The notes under the pieces: model-generated
Database searches by the model: none
Told to the model about the DNA's origin: nothing
What the model saw: the letters and a program-made list of their open reading frames with translations, nothing else
DNA from: a virus
Virus record (IMG/VR): IMGVR_UViG_3300005573_000001
Length of the DNA: 64,000 nucleotides
Direction: 5' to 3' (one strand)
Part shown: in pieces, positions 38,659 to 48,915 of the stretch
Position numbering within the stretch: the stretch's first letter is position 1
Layout: each line of letters opens with the position of its first letter
Program-made: the position numbers and the translations under genes

Positions 38659-39030
38659 TTAAAGAATCTGAATAGACTGGACATAGAGAGTCGGCGTGGA
38701 AGACTTAGTGTTATTACAGTAACGACTCGCACCTTTAGCAATAACACGAGAACCCACAACAATATCCGACAGGGACTTATCATCCTCAACCTTTACCACC
38801 TGAGGAAGGATAGCAAGAAGAATCTCACCAACAGGGTCACTGATAGTAACTAAGTATCCCGGCAAAAGGTTACCAGTACTCTTATCAGAAAGAAGGGGAA
38901 CAACTAAGAGAGACTTAACGATACCAGCAACCACTAAGAGCTCAGGCTTAGTCCTATCAGCAAAGAAATCAACAGAGTAAATATTAACTACATCCTTAGT
39001 AGTCTCATAGAGTTGTACATGAGTATTCAT
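38659..39030 (-). CDS. hypothetical protein, possible OB fold
   Basis: VAGIVKS..ISDPVGEI..VGSRVIAKG pattern. Confidence 0.5.
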   Translation of the reverse strand: MNTHVQLYETTKDVVNIYSVDFFADRTKPELLVVAGIVKSLLVVPLLSDKSTGNLLPGYLVTISDPVGEILLAILPQVVKVEDDKSLSDIVVGSRVIAKGASRYCNNTKSSTPTLYVQSIQIL

Positions 39031-39070
39031 AGCATCACCTTGTTAAATATAGTAATGCGCTGTGCAGAGT

Positions 39071-39099
39071 ATTATACCATACACACAGCAGTTATGCAA
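39071..39099 (-). promoter_or_regulatory. SigA-type promoter for the dnaE/nrdD block
   Basis: Minus strand TTGCAT-17 bp-TATAAT with an extended -10 TG. Confidence 0.75.
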
Positions 39100-39107
39100 G
39101 TCCTAAA

Positions 39108-39926
39108 TTATACCTCGTCTCGTACTCGATAAAAAGCATAGACTGTAGTAGCGTAGGCAGGCAGACGGTCCTGCAGTAAGGTCGCAAAAGCATCATGGAC
39201 AGCAGCCCAAGAAGTAAAATCCGTCGTGTAAGAACCCAGAAGCTTCATAACAGCAAAGTACAGGTTACAGAGAGTATTATGAATAGCAGTTACAAAAACC
39301 TGGACCCCATCCGTAAGTATAGGAGAAGTTACACGAGAAGCAAGCAAGGCAGCAACAGGCGGATAGAGGGTAATACTATCAGGCCTGATAGTGCCGTCAA
39401 CCAAAGAGCTGACAATATCAGAAAGAACGAGGAAAGCAAACTGATAAACCTCGGTCATAAAGCGAGTAGGGTCGACTGTAATAGACAAAGTCTTAGCAAG
39501 AAACTGCACAGGAGCAACGTAGAGACCCAATATAGCCGCAACAAGGTCAGAATGTAAGAAAGTAAGCACCAACCTAAAGTGGGGAGAAGATACTGGAGCC
39601 CTAAGAGGCAAGCGATCCGAAGAAAGAAACAGATGCGGAAGCAGACCCTCACAACCAGAATCGGTCAACCGCGCAATAAGCTGAGAGTACAGAACGGTTA
39701 CAAGGGCATCAGCCAGAAAAGTCACGTCAGCGACAGTAGGACCAAGATGAGGAACGATTATAGTCGCTTCCTGAGCATAAGAGTCAGCTTGCTGGCGGCG
39801 AATAGTGTTACCCAACTGAGATAATGGTACTACAGATGGGGCAGGACTAGACAGAGGAGAACCTAGCTGGTCAGAAGCTTGGTCCTCAAACATAGAGTCA
39901 CTAAATAAGTCATCAAAATTAGACAT
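39108..39926 (-). CDS. hypothetical protein
   Basis: 272-aa ORF, AGAGGTG RBS. Confidence 0.55.
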   Translation of the reverse strand: MSNFDDLFSDSMFEDQASDQLGSPLSSPAPSVVPLSQLGNTIRRQQADSYAQEATIIVPHLGPTVADVTFLADALVTVLYSQLIARLTDSGCEGLLPHLFLSSDRLPLRAPVSSPHFRLVLTFLHSDLVAAILGLYVAPVQFLAKTLSITVDPTRFMTEVYQFAFLVLSDIVSSLVDGTIRPDSITLYPPVAALLASRVTSPILTDGVQVFVTAIHNTLCNLYFAVMKLLGSYTTDFTSWAAVHDAFATLLQDRLPAYATTVYAFYRVRDEV

Positions 39927-39940
39927 AAAACACCTCTAAG

Positions 39941-40681
39941 CTATAACGAGAAGTCATCAGGAGACAACGGTTCCAAAGCCTCGTAGGGAAAGGTAGACTG
40001 GCCAACTAAGTGTTGCCGAATAAAAGAAACCTTCGACATGAAAGAACCATTAAAGCGCATAGTACCCAAGTCATTATTAAAAGGAGAACCCCAGAAGAGA
40101 TTAATAACAGGATCTAGAAGAGCATAGTTCGGCCTAGTCACACCGCGAAGCAAATCATTCAAACGACACTTCCCCCAGCATATAGAACCATTCTCATAGA
40201 CGTTAGGAAAGGGCATACGCCTAAGATAAGGAGAGAGCACAGAGAGATTGCCAGAAGACTGCAAAACCTGAAGGGCTGCAGGAGGAAGAACAGCAACAGT
40301 AGTAGAACGAACAACAGGATTAGCATGAAAGTCTAGGGTAATCTTCCAAATACACTGAGGACACAAACAGTCCTGGACCATCTCAATAGAAGTCGAAGGC
40401 GAATCACCAACAGATAGATCTGGCGGCAATAAGAGTGGGCGGCGGTGCTCAGGACGAACAACAACAAAGGTGTGCAAGCCACGATACATAACATAGGCAA
40501 GGCACCCAGCAGGCAAGTAGAAACTATAGGAAGTAAACTTACTAGACAGAGCAGTAAGTAAGTCAGGCAAGGCAATATACTTCCGTATAGTAGCACCAGA
40601 CGAGGTAACCAAATCAGCAGCAGCTATATCCGAGCCGTCAGTAATATGCAAGCTGGCAAACAGAATAGAATTCTTGGACAT
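39941..40681 (-). CDS. prokaryotic E2 family D (PRTRC protein B-like) ubiquitin-conjugating enzyme
   Basis: MPFPNVYENGSICWG catalytic-Cys motif and FWGSPFNNDL. Confidence 0.82.
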   Translation of the reverse strand: MSKNSILFASLHITDGSDIAAADLVTSSGATIRKYIALPDLLTALSSKFTSYSFYLPAGCLAYVMYRGLHTFVVVRPEHRRPLLLPPDLSVGDSPSTSIEMVQDCLCPQCIWKITLDFHANPVVRSTTVAVLPPAALQVLQSSGNLSVLSPYLRRMPFPNVYENGSICWGKCRLNDLLRGVTRPNYALLDPVINLFWGSPFNNDLGTMRFNGSFMSKVSFIRQHLVGQSTFPYEALEPLSPDDFSL

Positions 40682-40699
40682 CTAAACCTCCATCCCGGG

Positions 40700-41572
40700 T
40701 TACTGGGACAACCCAGGTAAAACAGTAGTATTAATAGTAGCACCAGTGGTCGAATCAAACAAAGAAAGGGCAGAATACGTACAAGTTAGCGATTGCCTAT
40801 TCACGTAGAAACTGCGAAGAGAACCAAGAAGATCATGTAGTACATCCATACACAAGGGCACTGAAGCAACAAGCGAGTCGAAGTAAGTCTTCAAGGCTGA
40901 GGCTGCAGTACTAAGAAGAAACGAACTTCCTTGTCTTGCAAAATCAGGCTTATAGACTATAGTATAACTAGAGGGTACTACATCAGACACATAATTAGTG
41001 AGACCCAAGTCACGACAAGTACTAATTATGCTAAGTAAAGGCTTCACCAAAGGAGGAACGCGTTTCGGAATAGACAAGCGTACTCTACGAAGGTGAAGCT
41101 CATAACCAGGTATAGCAGGCCCAGAGTGCAATAAAGTACTAATATGATCTATAATAAGTCTTTGAGGTAAACCAAGAGTAGCATAAGAAGAGGAACCGGT
41201 AGTAAGCTGAAAGAAGAACCTCAAGAAACTAAAGAGCACAGAAAGACCAAAGCCACGTACAGTAATACGTAACTGATTCGGACCAATAACAGTAGAAGAG
41301 ATAGAGAGATCAGGCAGAGACCGAGCCAGACTGGATACAGCAACAGTCTTAATAGCAGTAAGAATAATAGAAGTAGGATCAACAATAACACAGTCGTCAG
41401 ACGATTTAGCCTTGGAGAACGGAACAAATAAGTCAGGAATCTCAGCCCTATTCCCAAACAGAGAATTAGACAAGGCAGAAGCCGGAAGAAGCAACTGCTT
41501 ATCAGTACAGTCAAGGTAACGGGCAGAATCAACAGCGAAAAGCAACGAAGACAGATAATCAGATGAAGTCAT
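40700..41572 (-). CDS. hypothetical protein in the Ubl cluster
   Basis: 290-aa ORF with GGAGG RBS. Confidence 0.5.
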   Translation of the reverse strand: MTSSDYLSSLLFAVDSARYLDCTDKQLLLPASALSNSLFGNRAEIPDLFVPFSKAKSSDDCVIVDPTSIILTAIKTVAVSSLARSLPDLSISSTVIGPNQLRITVRGFGLSVLFSFLRFFFQLTTGSSSYATLGLPQRLIIDHISTLLHSGPAIPGYELHLRRVRLSIPKRVPPLVKPLLSIISTCRDLGLTNYVSDVVPSSYTIVYKPDFARQGSSFLLSTAASALKTYFDSLVASVPLCMDVLHDLLGSLRSFYVNRQSLTCTYSALSLFDSTTGATINTTVLPGLSQ

Positions 41573-41861
41573 TAGACACCTCCACAGACACAGGAAGGGA
41601 ATTTATATCAGCCAGATTACAAAATAGATGACGTGCAGTAGGAGCAGAAGCAGAAGGAAAGAGAAGCTTAGCAGCAAAAGATAGAGCAGCTGGAGGTACA
41701 GACAGAAATGACTCCGGGACTGCATTCGCCTGAAAGTAATACATATCATATAGGGTGTCTAAGACCTCAGAGACGGGCAAATCGGTAACAGATAACTTAG
41801 CAGAGATAGGGTCTGTAGAAGAGAACAAAAGATCCAATAATAATGTAGAAGCAGTACTCAT
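41559..41861 (-). CDS. hypothetical protein in the Ubl cluster
   Basis: GGAGG RBS. Confidence 0.5.
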   Translation of the reverse strand: MSTASTLLLDLLFSSTDPISAKLSVTDLPVSEVLDTLYDMYYFQANAVPESFLSVPPAALSFAAKLLFPSASAPTARHLFCNLADINSLPVSVEVSNDFI

Positions 41862-41876
41862 AGTAACCTCCATAGA

Positions 41877-42638
41877 CTAAAACCGTAGTGTAACCTTAGA
41901 GCGCAAAATCGGGACAACAGAAGGAATCATAGTGTCAAAGAGAACATAGGCTATATCAGGCAGCTTGCGCGACATCAGAATATTACAGAACATAAAGAGA
42001 AGGTTAGCAGCAAACATGTTAGTAGCGATACTTTGCGGATTAGCTTGAGCATGGTCAGCGCAGGATAAATCGGTAGGTAACTTATCAGTAGGCGTAAGCA
42101 CATCTGGAAAGACGTCAGCAACAGTAGGATACAGCTTAGCAGAAGCAGTCCGCAGAGCAAACACAACTTGACCAGTATACTCCTCATTACCAGCATCGAT
42201 CCAAGCCAAAGGAGACGCAGTAAAGGTCGCATAGAACTTAGCGATCAAAGCACGAGTAGCATGATTATCAACACAGCCAACAATAACGTTCAAACAAGAA
42301 CGATCATAAGCAAGGAGGTGAGTTAAATGAGAAGAGTCAGTAACGTAAGCAGGCAAAGATTCGATTTGCAACCCATAGGCAGCGCCATACCGAGCTGCCA
42401 AGACAGCAGCTTTACTCTTGCCGACATCAGAACTAAGAAAGTTCTGACGCGCAACATTCTTAGGCTCAACTGTATCTGCATCAACAATACAGAGCTGTAT
42501 AGGAGAATCAGCATAGACAGTAGTGTTAAGAACAGAAATTTGCCGTGCAAGGTCTCTGATGAGATAGCCACCAGTTCCGCCAGTGCCAAGTACAACAAAA
42601 CGCATGGTTTGCACAGGCGGAAAAGTAAAACTAGGCAT
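41877..42638 (-). CDS. ThiF/E1-like activating enzyme (PRTRC ThiF-like)
   Basis: GTGGTGG, DADTVEPKNVARQNF, GCVDN, WIDAGN, LSCA catalytic Cys. Confidence 0.9.
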   Translation of the reverse strand: MPSFTFPPVQTMRFVVLGTGGTGGYLIRDLARQISVLNTTVYADSPIQLCIVDADTVEPKNVARQNFLSSDVGKSKAAVLAARYGAAYGLQIESLPAYVTDSSHLTHLLAYDRSCLNVIVGCVDNHATRALIAKFYATFTASPLAWIDAGNEEYTGQVVFALRTASAKLYPTVADVFPDVLTPTDKLPTDLSCADHAQANPQSIATNMFAANLLFMFCNILMSRKLPDIAYVLFDTMIPSVVPILRSKVTLRF

Positions 42639-42655
42639 AATTAAAACCTCCAAAA

Positions 42656-43555
42656 CTACTTCCTAGGAAGAAAAGAAATAGAATCGTCATCGCCACACTT
42701 AGAGCTATTATCATTCAATGGATGCTTCGGTATCCACGAATATTGGGAAGGCTTAGAAGAACGGTCATGCTTACCCTTAGAAGACGTGGGCACGAAGGGA
42801 ACATCATAGTCAAGCATAGGACCATAAGCAGGAAGTTTCGGGTAGTCACTGTCATGGTCCATAATAACAGGAACAGACTTAGCCGGAGTACATTTTGCAA
42901 GCCACGCACTAGGAATCGGAACATCAAGATTATAGCCAGTATCAAATACATCACTAATATCAAGATCAACAAACGTAGAGAAAGTACTGTACCGAAACTT
43001 AAAAGTAGGCGTAGCATCCAGGTTACCAACGACCATTGCGACAACACGACGTTTCTTTTCATCAGCATCGTCAGTAGCAGAGAAGAAAGCAGACATAGAA
43101 GCATGACTATGACACGTAACAACCCAAACAGAAGTTTTAAGAACCTCCTGAAAGTCTGAGTCAGTCATAATATCATAGTGGGACGAAGCAGCGCCATTAG
43201 TCTGCGTAGGAACATAGACAAAGTACTCATTCGAAGTCTTACTCCACATAATATGAGCACTAGCCTCAGACTTATGCAGGTTGTAGATAGACTTAAAGAA
43301 GGAAACAACCTGAGAGAGAATTGAGAGAGGTATCTTACCATGAGTTAAGGAAAAACCCAAGGGCGGAGGCGGGTTCTTGACAGAAGTAGGTTGGGTAACC
43401 TTACTAACACAAACATAAGGATCAGCCTTAATAATCTCATAGAACCCATCAGAAGCAACAACATAACTCAATGGAGGCAACGTTCCATCAGCCTGATCAA
43501 TCTTCCAAGAATCATCTGAATAAACCTTACAGAACTTAGATAACAAATTTGACAT
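42656..43555 (-). CDS. JAB/MPN metalloprotease (PRTRC protein A-like)
   Basis: E...HSHASMSAFFSATDDADE (HxH-x7-S-x2-D); GAAGGAG RBS before 43555. Confidence 0.88.
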   Translation of the reverse strand: MSNLLSKFCKVYSDDSWKIDQADGTLPPLSYVVASDGFYEIIKADPYVCVSKVTQPTSVKNPPPPLGFSLTHGKIPLSILSQVVSFFKSIYNLHKSEASAHIMWSKTSNEYFVYVPTQTNGAASSHYDIMTDSDFQEVLKTSVWVVTCHSHASMSAFFSATDDADEKKRRVVAMVVGNLDATPTFKFRYSTFSTFVDLDISDVFDTGYNLDVPIPSAWLAKCTPAKSVPVIMDHDSDYPKLPAYGPMLDYDVPFVPTSSKGKHDRSSKPSQYSWIPKHPLNDNSSKCGDDDSISFLPRK

Positions 43556-43635
43556 ACATACTCCTTCAAATATAAAATTTAAGTACTTGACAATCATACT
43601 TAAAGTAGCTCTAGGATAAGCACGATTGCCAACTA

Positions 43636-43887
43636 TCAAGTTATCAGGACAACAGCAGCTTCTTGCATCCACTTCCGCCGGACAACTCGCAATGCGTCAG
43701 TACTCTTATATCTTATCACAATAGTGAGCGCCTGCATATGCTCATCGTTCAGGACCATAGTACCCCATTCCGACGTCCTAACGGTATTCATAGTTACGTC
43801 CACAACAGCATATACCGTCACTTGGAATACTAACAACTCCCAAGTCTCGCGCCAAACACACAATGGATTTTGCGTTTGCTTACCCAT
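43636..43887 (-). CDS. hypothetical protein
   Basis: 83-aa ORF in the operon. Confidence 0.45.
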   Translation of the reverse strand: MGKQTQNPLCVWRETWELLVFQVTVYAVVDVTMNTVRTSEWGTMVLNDEHMQALTIVIRYKSTDALRVVRRKWMQEAAVVLIT

Positions 43888-43889
43888 CT

Positions 43890-44240
43890 CTATTCCTGCG
43901 AATTACTAAGATAATGGGGTAGATCATCAAGGTCAGTCTGACCAAGTTCTTCATGATGCAACAGTGCAAATAAGTTCCATACAGCTGCAACAAGATGGTC
44001 CTCATCACGTAGCCCCATCATATACTTTACTAAGTGCCTGAAGGCAGAGTCAACATACCGCGAGAAGGGAAGCCCCTTCTCCCAATTACGAGGGGCGTAC
44101 TTCTGTGCACCAAGCTCGTACCAACGGGCTAACCGAGCCAAAGCAAACGGACTAATCAAGTCAAAACGGCCCCTACCGGAGGCCGGTTCGCGGGTAGCCC
44201 TGCCTTCACCATAAGACATACGTTCACCAGTATCATGCAT
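43890..44240 (-). CDS. DUF5664-like dATP/dGTP diphosphohydrolase domain protein
   Basis: GRFDLI, GAQKYAPRNWEKG, SAFRHL, EDHLVAAVWN. Confidence 0.8.
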   Translation of the reverse strand: MHDTGERMSYGEGRATREPASGRGRFDLISPFALARLARWYELGAQKYAPRNWEKGLPFSRYVDSAFRHLVKYMMGLRDEDHLVAAVWNLFALLHHEELGQTDLDDLPHYLSNSQE

Positions 44241-44271
44241 ATACAACCTCACATTATTACACAAAGTAGTA

Positions 44272-44298
44272 TGGGGAAGCCATATCCTAGCTTCCCCA
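44272..44298 (-). terminator. GC-rich hairpin just after the Ubl gene (terminator or mRNA stabiliser)
   Basis: TGGGGAAGC-9 nt-GCTTCCCCA. Confidence 0.5.
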
Positions 44299-44308
44299 CC
44301 GAAGATAA

Positions 44309-44506
44309 TTAACCCTTGCTACCAGCTTGCTGGTCCATGCGAAGGGTTCCCGTCTCGGGATCGAACTGATAAGAGCCCGGACCCTGAAGGATCGGAAAAT
44401 CCTGCTGAAGCTGACGAACAACTTCATCAACTGAAGCAGGAGTTTCAAGTTGAATCGTAGTTCCCAAGACTTCAACCTGAGTTACTTGTTCTTGGTTGTT
44501 AGACAT
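44309..44506 (-). CDS. ubiquitin-like protein (PRTRC protein C/Prok_Ub-like)
   Basis: 65 aa, beta-grasp-like pattern, C-terminal AGSKG; strong AAGGAGAGG RBS; near E1/E2/JAB genes. Confidence 0.78.
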   Translation of the reverse strand: MSNNQEQVTQVEVLGTTIQLETPASVDEVVRQLQQDFPILQGPGSYQFDPETGTLRMDQQAGSKG

Positions 44507-44552
44507 ATGATCCTCTCCTTAAGTTTTATTTAGTATATTAACTCGTACACCT

Positions 44553-44819
44553 CTATCGGGTAGGACGAGAAACCTTGATCAACTTCTGATACTCGGCTCG
44601 AATAGCACGAACAAGCCGCATAAACTTAGACAACCGGACAAGACTAAAGACACTTGGACTAATCTGTCCGTCATCCTTAACAAGCCGGTCAAGGACTGTA
44701 ACTAGCTTAGGCAAGCAAGTAGTTACAGTTGCCATAAAGTCATTCTGAAGCTTTTGATTAGCCAGTATCTGATGCTGGACATGCAGTATCTGTCGTAACA
44801 AGTTCTCTGTTCGAAACAT
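44553..44819 (-). CDS. hypothetical protein
   Basis: GGAGG RBS. Confidence 0.5.
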   Translation of the reverse strand: MFRTENLLRQILHVQHQILANQKLQNDFMATVTTCLPKLVTVLDRLVKDDGQISPSVFSLVRLSKFMRLVRAIRAEYQKLIKVSRPTR

Positions 44820-45318
44820 CTAAATCCTCCGTAGGACGTAATATAATGGGACCTAAGTTTGTGCAAGTAGAAAGCCAACGGTCAATGCCACGGTAGTAGT
44901 TATAAGACAGCGCCTCAAGCCAACAAGGGGGAAGCTGAGTACAGTCAGTAGTATCAAATGGGCAAGGGTCAGAACAACGCCGAATACTGAGAAGGTCAAC
45001 ATCATTAGGACAAGTAGTACAAAGATGATAAAGGACGTCTTCCAGAGCTAAGGTAGTAAGGTCAAACGTAGTAAAGCGGCTATTAATAAAGGCTTGGTAA
45101 GTGGCTAAATTCTCGGGATCCCCAAGAACTCCGGTCCAACAAGTCACACAAACATCAGAGGCATGAGCATTAGAAGCAATAGGACAACCCGACGGAGACA
45201 TGTGGGGAATACCAAAAACGTACGGACAAAGCCTTGTCTTTAGACGAGAGGCCAAGGCTACTATACTAGCCGGGTCGCCAGAAGACAAAGCTTTGTACAC
45301 CAAGGCAATACCAAGCAT
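44758..45318 (-). CDS. Cys-containing hypothetical protein
   Basis: Two CP...C..CW repeats. Confidence 0.5.
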   Translation of the reverse strand: MLGIALVYKALSSGDPASIVALASRLKTRLCPYVFGIPHMSPSGCPIASNAHASDVCVTCWTGVLGDPENLATYQAFINSRFTTFDLTTLALEDVLYHLCTTCPNDVDLLSIRRCSDPCPFDTTDCTQLPPCWLEALSYNYYRGIDRWLSTCTNLGPIILRPTEDLDVSNRELVTTDTACPASDTG

Positions 45319-45320
45319 AA

Positions 45321-47777
45321 CTATACCTCTTGGAATACAATATGATCATCAGGAGCAGATATAAAGATATGTGCACTCCTATCTATCTTACCATCAAGAA
45401 GGAGCTCAGACAAGGCATCCTCAACCTGACGCTGGATCTCACGGCGTAAAGGCCTAGCACCATAGGTAGGGTCATAAGACTTAGTAGCGAGATAGTCAAC
45501 TACAGAGGCATCATAAGAAAGATGTACGTCACGAGCAAGAAGGACAGTACACAACGAGTTAAGCATAAGAACAGCAATAGCCTTTAGGTCGTCGAGAGTA
45601 AGCCTACGGAATACAATAGTGTCATCAAGTCTGTTAAGAAACTCAGGCCGGAAATAAGTCTTCAGAGACTCAAGGAGCTGGGCCTTCATAGCTGCGTAGT
45701 CAGAATTAGGGTCGACAACATCAGGGGTCGCAAATCCAATGCCCTTCACCCTCTGAGCAACAGTAGTCACACCAATATTACTGGTCATAATGAGAATAGT
45801 ATTCTTGAAATCACAGACCCGGCCATGACTATCGGTAAGACGACCATCATCCATAATCTGAAGAAATAGGTTAAAAACAAGGGGGTGAGCTTTCTCAATC
45901 TCATCAAGCAGGATAACACTATAAGGATGGCGACGGACAGAAGCTGTCAACGCTTGAGCATCGTCATATCCAACATAACCCGGAGGTGAGCCAATTATCT
46001 TACTCACACTATGAGATTCAACATACTCAGACATATCCAGACGGACAATAGCGTCCTCACTTTCAAAGACAGCTTCGGCAAGAGCCTTACAAAGCTCTGT
46101 CTTGCCGACACCAGTAGGACCAAGGAACATAAAGGCAGCTATAGGACGCTTCGGGTGCTTAAGGCCTAACCTAGCTCTACGAACGGCGCGGGCGACAGCA
46201 GTAACAGCCTCATCCTGACCGATAACACGCCTATGCAGAATCTCCTCAAGAGCAGCCAAGCGCGATGCTTCGTCAAAAGTAAGTTTATTCAGAGGGATAT
46301 GAGTCCAACTGCTAACAACAGCATTAATGTGATCCACATCAACAACAGGAGTTATAGAGGACACATAAGTTTCCCAATCCTTTGTAGCAGCGGCAATGGC
46401 TGACTCAAGGGCTTCTTCCTCATCGTGGTAATAGGCAGCAGAGTAATAATCTTGCTTACGTACGGCATCCGCCTTACTAGCACGCGTCATCTCTAGTAAG
46501 CGCTCCAGATCACGTACATTCTTAGGAGGAGTAATATGATCAAGCTTTACACGAGAACTAGCCTCATCAATAACATCAATAGCTTTATCAGGCAAAAACC
46601 TATCGTTAATGTAGCGACTAGACAGCTCAACGGCAGTCTTAATAGCTGCATCTGTAAGAAGGACATTATGAAACTCCTGGTAACGGCCACGAAGCCCTTT
46701 TAATATATCTATGGCTTGATCAGGAGTAGGCTCCTCAACTAGAACAGCTTGGAAACGGCGTTCAAGGGCACTATCTTTCTCAATGTAGCGCCTATACTCG
46801 TCAAGAGTAGTAGCTCCTATAACCTGAATCTCACGCCGAGCTAAAGCAGGCTTAAGAATGTTAGCAGCATCCATAGCACCCTCAGCATTACCAGCCCCAA
46901 CCAAGGTATGGATCTCATCAATAAAGAGAATAACGTTACCAACAGACTGTAACTCATGAAGGGCCGTCTTAAGCCTATCCTCAAAATCGCCCCTAAACTT
47001 AGTACCGGCAACCATAGCAGCCAGGTCAAGAGCAACTACACGTTTACCCTTAAGGACGACAGGGACATCATTCGCGACGATTTTCTGAGCTAAGCCCTCA
47101 ACGATAGCAGACTTACCGACGCCAGCATCGCCAACAAGACATGGATTGTTCTTAGTCCTACGAGCAAGAATGTGAATTACGCGGTCAACTTCAGTTAGAC
47201 GACCTATAACAGGGTCAAGTTCTCCAAGAGCAGCTGCCTTAGTAAGATCCCGGCTAAACTTATCAAGCTCCGGGGTAGCTGTGGAAGCTGAAATATCAGA
47301 CGGTGAAGTATTTGGTTGAACCAAGGCATCAATATCAGCTATAATAGTCTGACGAATATTACAGGCATTAAAAAGATGGGTAGCGTCAGAGCGACAAAAC
47401 CTAACATAAGCATAAAGAAGGTGATGCGGCTCAATCAAGGGAACATCCTTAGAATTCCTAGGAAGCTGAGAGCGCATATACTGGTTAAGGTCATCCAGCA
47501 ACGCCTTAAAGCGATTAGAATAACCAGGAAGAGAAGACCCAACAGGTCGGGGAGACAGCAAAGGCGAAGGAAAAAGGCTTGACAGATAGCGCTCAACAGA
47601 CTCCCGAGTAGCACCATGGCGCGTAAGAATACTATAGACAGGGCCTACAGTAGGATCAAGCAAACCTATAAAGATATGTTCAGGCTCTATAACAGTATGA
47701 CCAGCAGCAAGGGCATAGCCAGAAGTCCTAGAAAGTAAGGCCATCGTAACAGGGGCCAACAGAGTATAATAAATCAT
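45321..47777 (-). CDS. clpC: ClpC-type AAA+ unfoldase
   Basis: Clp N-domain, RRTKNNP, GVGKS, UVR-like middle domain, [11 protein letters not shown] ClpP-docking loop, GARPLRR. Confidence 0.92.
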   Translation of the reverse strand: MIYYTLLAPVTMALLSRTSGYALAAGHTVIEPEHIFIGLLDPTVGPVYSILTRHGATRESVERYLSSLFPSPLLSPRPVGSSLPGYSNRFKALLDDLNQYMRSQLPRNSKDVPLIEPHHLLYAYVRFCRSDATHLFNACNIRQTIIADIDALVQPNTSPSDISASTATPELDKFSRDLTKAAALGELDPVIGRLTEVDRVIHILARRTKNNPCLVGDAGVGKSAIVEGLAQKIVANDVPVVLKGKRVVALDLAAMVAGTKFRGDFEDRLKTALHELQSVGNVILFIDEIHTLVGAGNAEGAMDAANILKPALARREIQVIGATTLDEYRRYIEKDSALERRFQAVLVEEPTPDQAIDILKGLRGRYQEFHNVLLTDAAIKTAVELSSRYINDRFLPDKAIDVIDEASSRVKLDHITPPKNVRDLERLLEMTRASKADAVRKQDYYSAAYYHDEEEALESAIAAATKDWETYVSSITPVVDVDHINAVVSSWTHIPLNKLTFDEASRLAALEEILHRRVIGQDEAVTAVARAVRRARLGLKHPKRPIAAFMFLGPTGVGKTELCKALAEAVFESEDAIVRLDMSEYVESHSVSKIIGSPPGYVGYDDAQALTASVRRHPYSVILLDEIEKAHPLVFNLFLQIMDDGRLTDSHGRVCDFKNTILIMTSNIGVTTVAQRVKGIGFATPDVVDPNSDYAAMKAQLLESLKTYFRPEFLNRLDDTIVFRRLTLDDLKAIAVLMLNSLCTVLLARDVHLSYDASVVDYLATKSYDPTYGARPLRREIQRQVEDALSELLLDGKIDRSAHIFISAPDDHIVFQEV

Positions 47778-47803
47778 AAAACCTCCAAGTAAACACAGGA
47801 TAT

Positions 47804-48484
47804 TCAGCGAGAGGGCCTACCACAAGACAGAGAGCCCTCAGGGCAATGACCGCGTACGCAAGGTGGACCAGCTTGAGAAAAGATAGAGCGAGCTATAGGC
47901 AATACTAAGTCAAGCATAGTCCAAGCAAGATCGCGGATCTCCCATTGAGCACGGCTGCAACAACGAAGCTCAAAGAAATGCAAGAGCTCACGAGCGTTCA
48001 TCGTTAGTATTACCTTAGTAGTACAAGCGTTAGGTAACACATAACGAGCATCCTGCAGCGCCTCTTCCTTAGAGTAGCCGTGTTCAGCAAGCAAAGTGCC
48101 CCATTCCTTATACCAGTCAGCGATCTGGCACATCTGAGAACGAAAGCGGTCAACATACGTCTGTCCTAAGTTTTCTATCGTAGACGGAACTACGTAGGAA
48201 AACTGAGCTAAATCAACGTAACGCTGCGACTGGACGGAAAAGCTTGCTATTCTGTGCCTCGTAATCTGAGCAAGTAAGGCGCGAGACACGTCTTCTATCC
48301 CAAAGGTAAAGGCAACATGCTCTAACGGAGAAAGATGACCCATAGAAATCAGCTTAGTAATCAACTTAGGAGCATCGAGGCCTTCAGATAGAGCTTGGAT
48401 AGAGGAATTAGAATAACATAGCCTAGCAGCAAGCGCTACTGTACATTCAGGGTCAGGAGTATGAGTAAGCAACCCTACACGCAC
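47804..48484 (-). CDS. thyX: flavin-dependent thymidylate synthase
   Basis: [35 protein letters not shown]. Confidence 0.95.
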   Translation of the reverse strand: MRVGLLTHTPDPECTVALAARLCYSNSSIQALSEGLDAPKLITKLISMGHLSPLEHVAFTFGIEDVSRALLAQITRHRIASFSVQSQRYVDLAQFSYVVPSTIENLGQTYVDRFRSQMCQIADWYKEWGTLLAEHGYSKEEALQDARYVLPNACTTKVILTMNARELLHFFELRCCSRAQWEIRDLAWTMLDLVLPIARSIFSQAGPPCVRGHCPEGSLSCGRPSR

Positions 48485-48915
48485 GATGTTACACCACCCT
48501 TCATAAGAGCATGAAGTTCAGACAAGGTCTGGTCAAAGCGGCCTGCATCAAGGAGCAAGAAACGCAGAAACGGAACAGAAGCCACCAAGGCGCAATAGTC
48601 ATGATACTTCGCCAAAGACAAAGAAGGACACGGGCGTTTCTGTAGTTTATAATAGACATCTAGGATATACGGATGCTTAGTAACTATCTCAACTACAATA
48701 GTACTACGATACCGAGGAGTCAGCCTAGCAAGGACATTAGCAATAGAAGCAACAGCCTGATGTGTCAGAGAGACGGGGGGACTAGTCCATCGCAAAACAG
48801 TACGCTTAAGTACGGCACCATGAGAGACAGCAAGGAGAATGGCCACCCAGTCAAGGCCCTCATGCGTAATATAAATTTTAACTTTCATACTCATATCCCA
48901 AATGTAAAAACTCAT
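48475..48915 (-). CDS. hypothetical protein
   Basis: ORF coupled to thyX. Confidence 0.45.
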   Translation of the reverse strand: MSFYIWDMSMKVKIYITHEGLDWVAILLAVSHGAVLKRTVLRWTSPPVSLTHQAVASIANVLARLTPRYRSTIVVEIVTKHPYILDVYYKLQKRPCPSLSLAKYHDYCALVASVPFLRFLLLDAGRFDQTLSELHALMKGGVTSCV

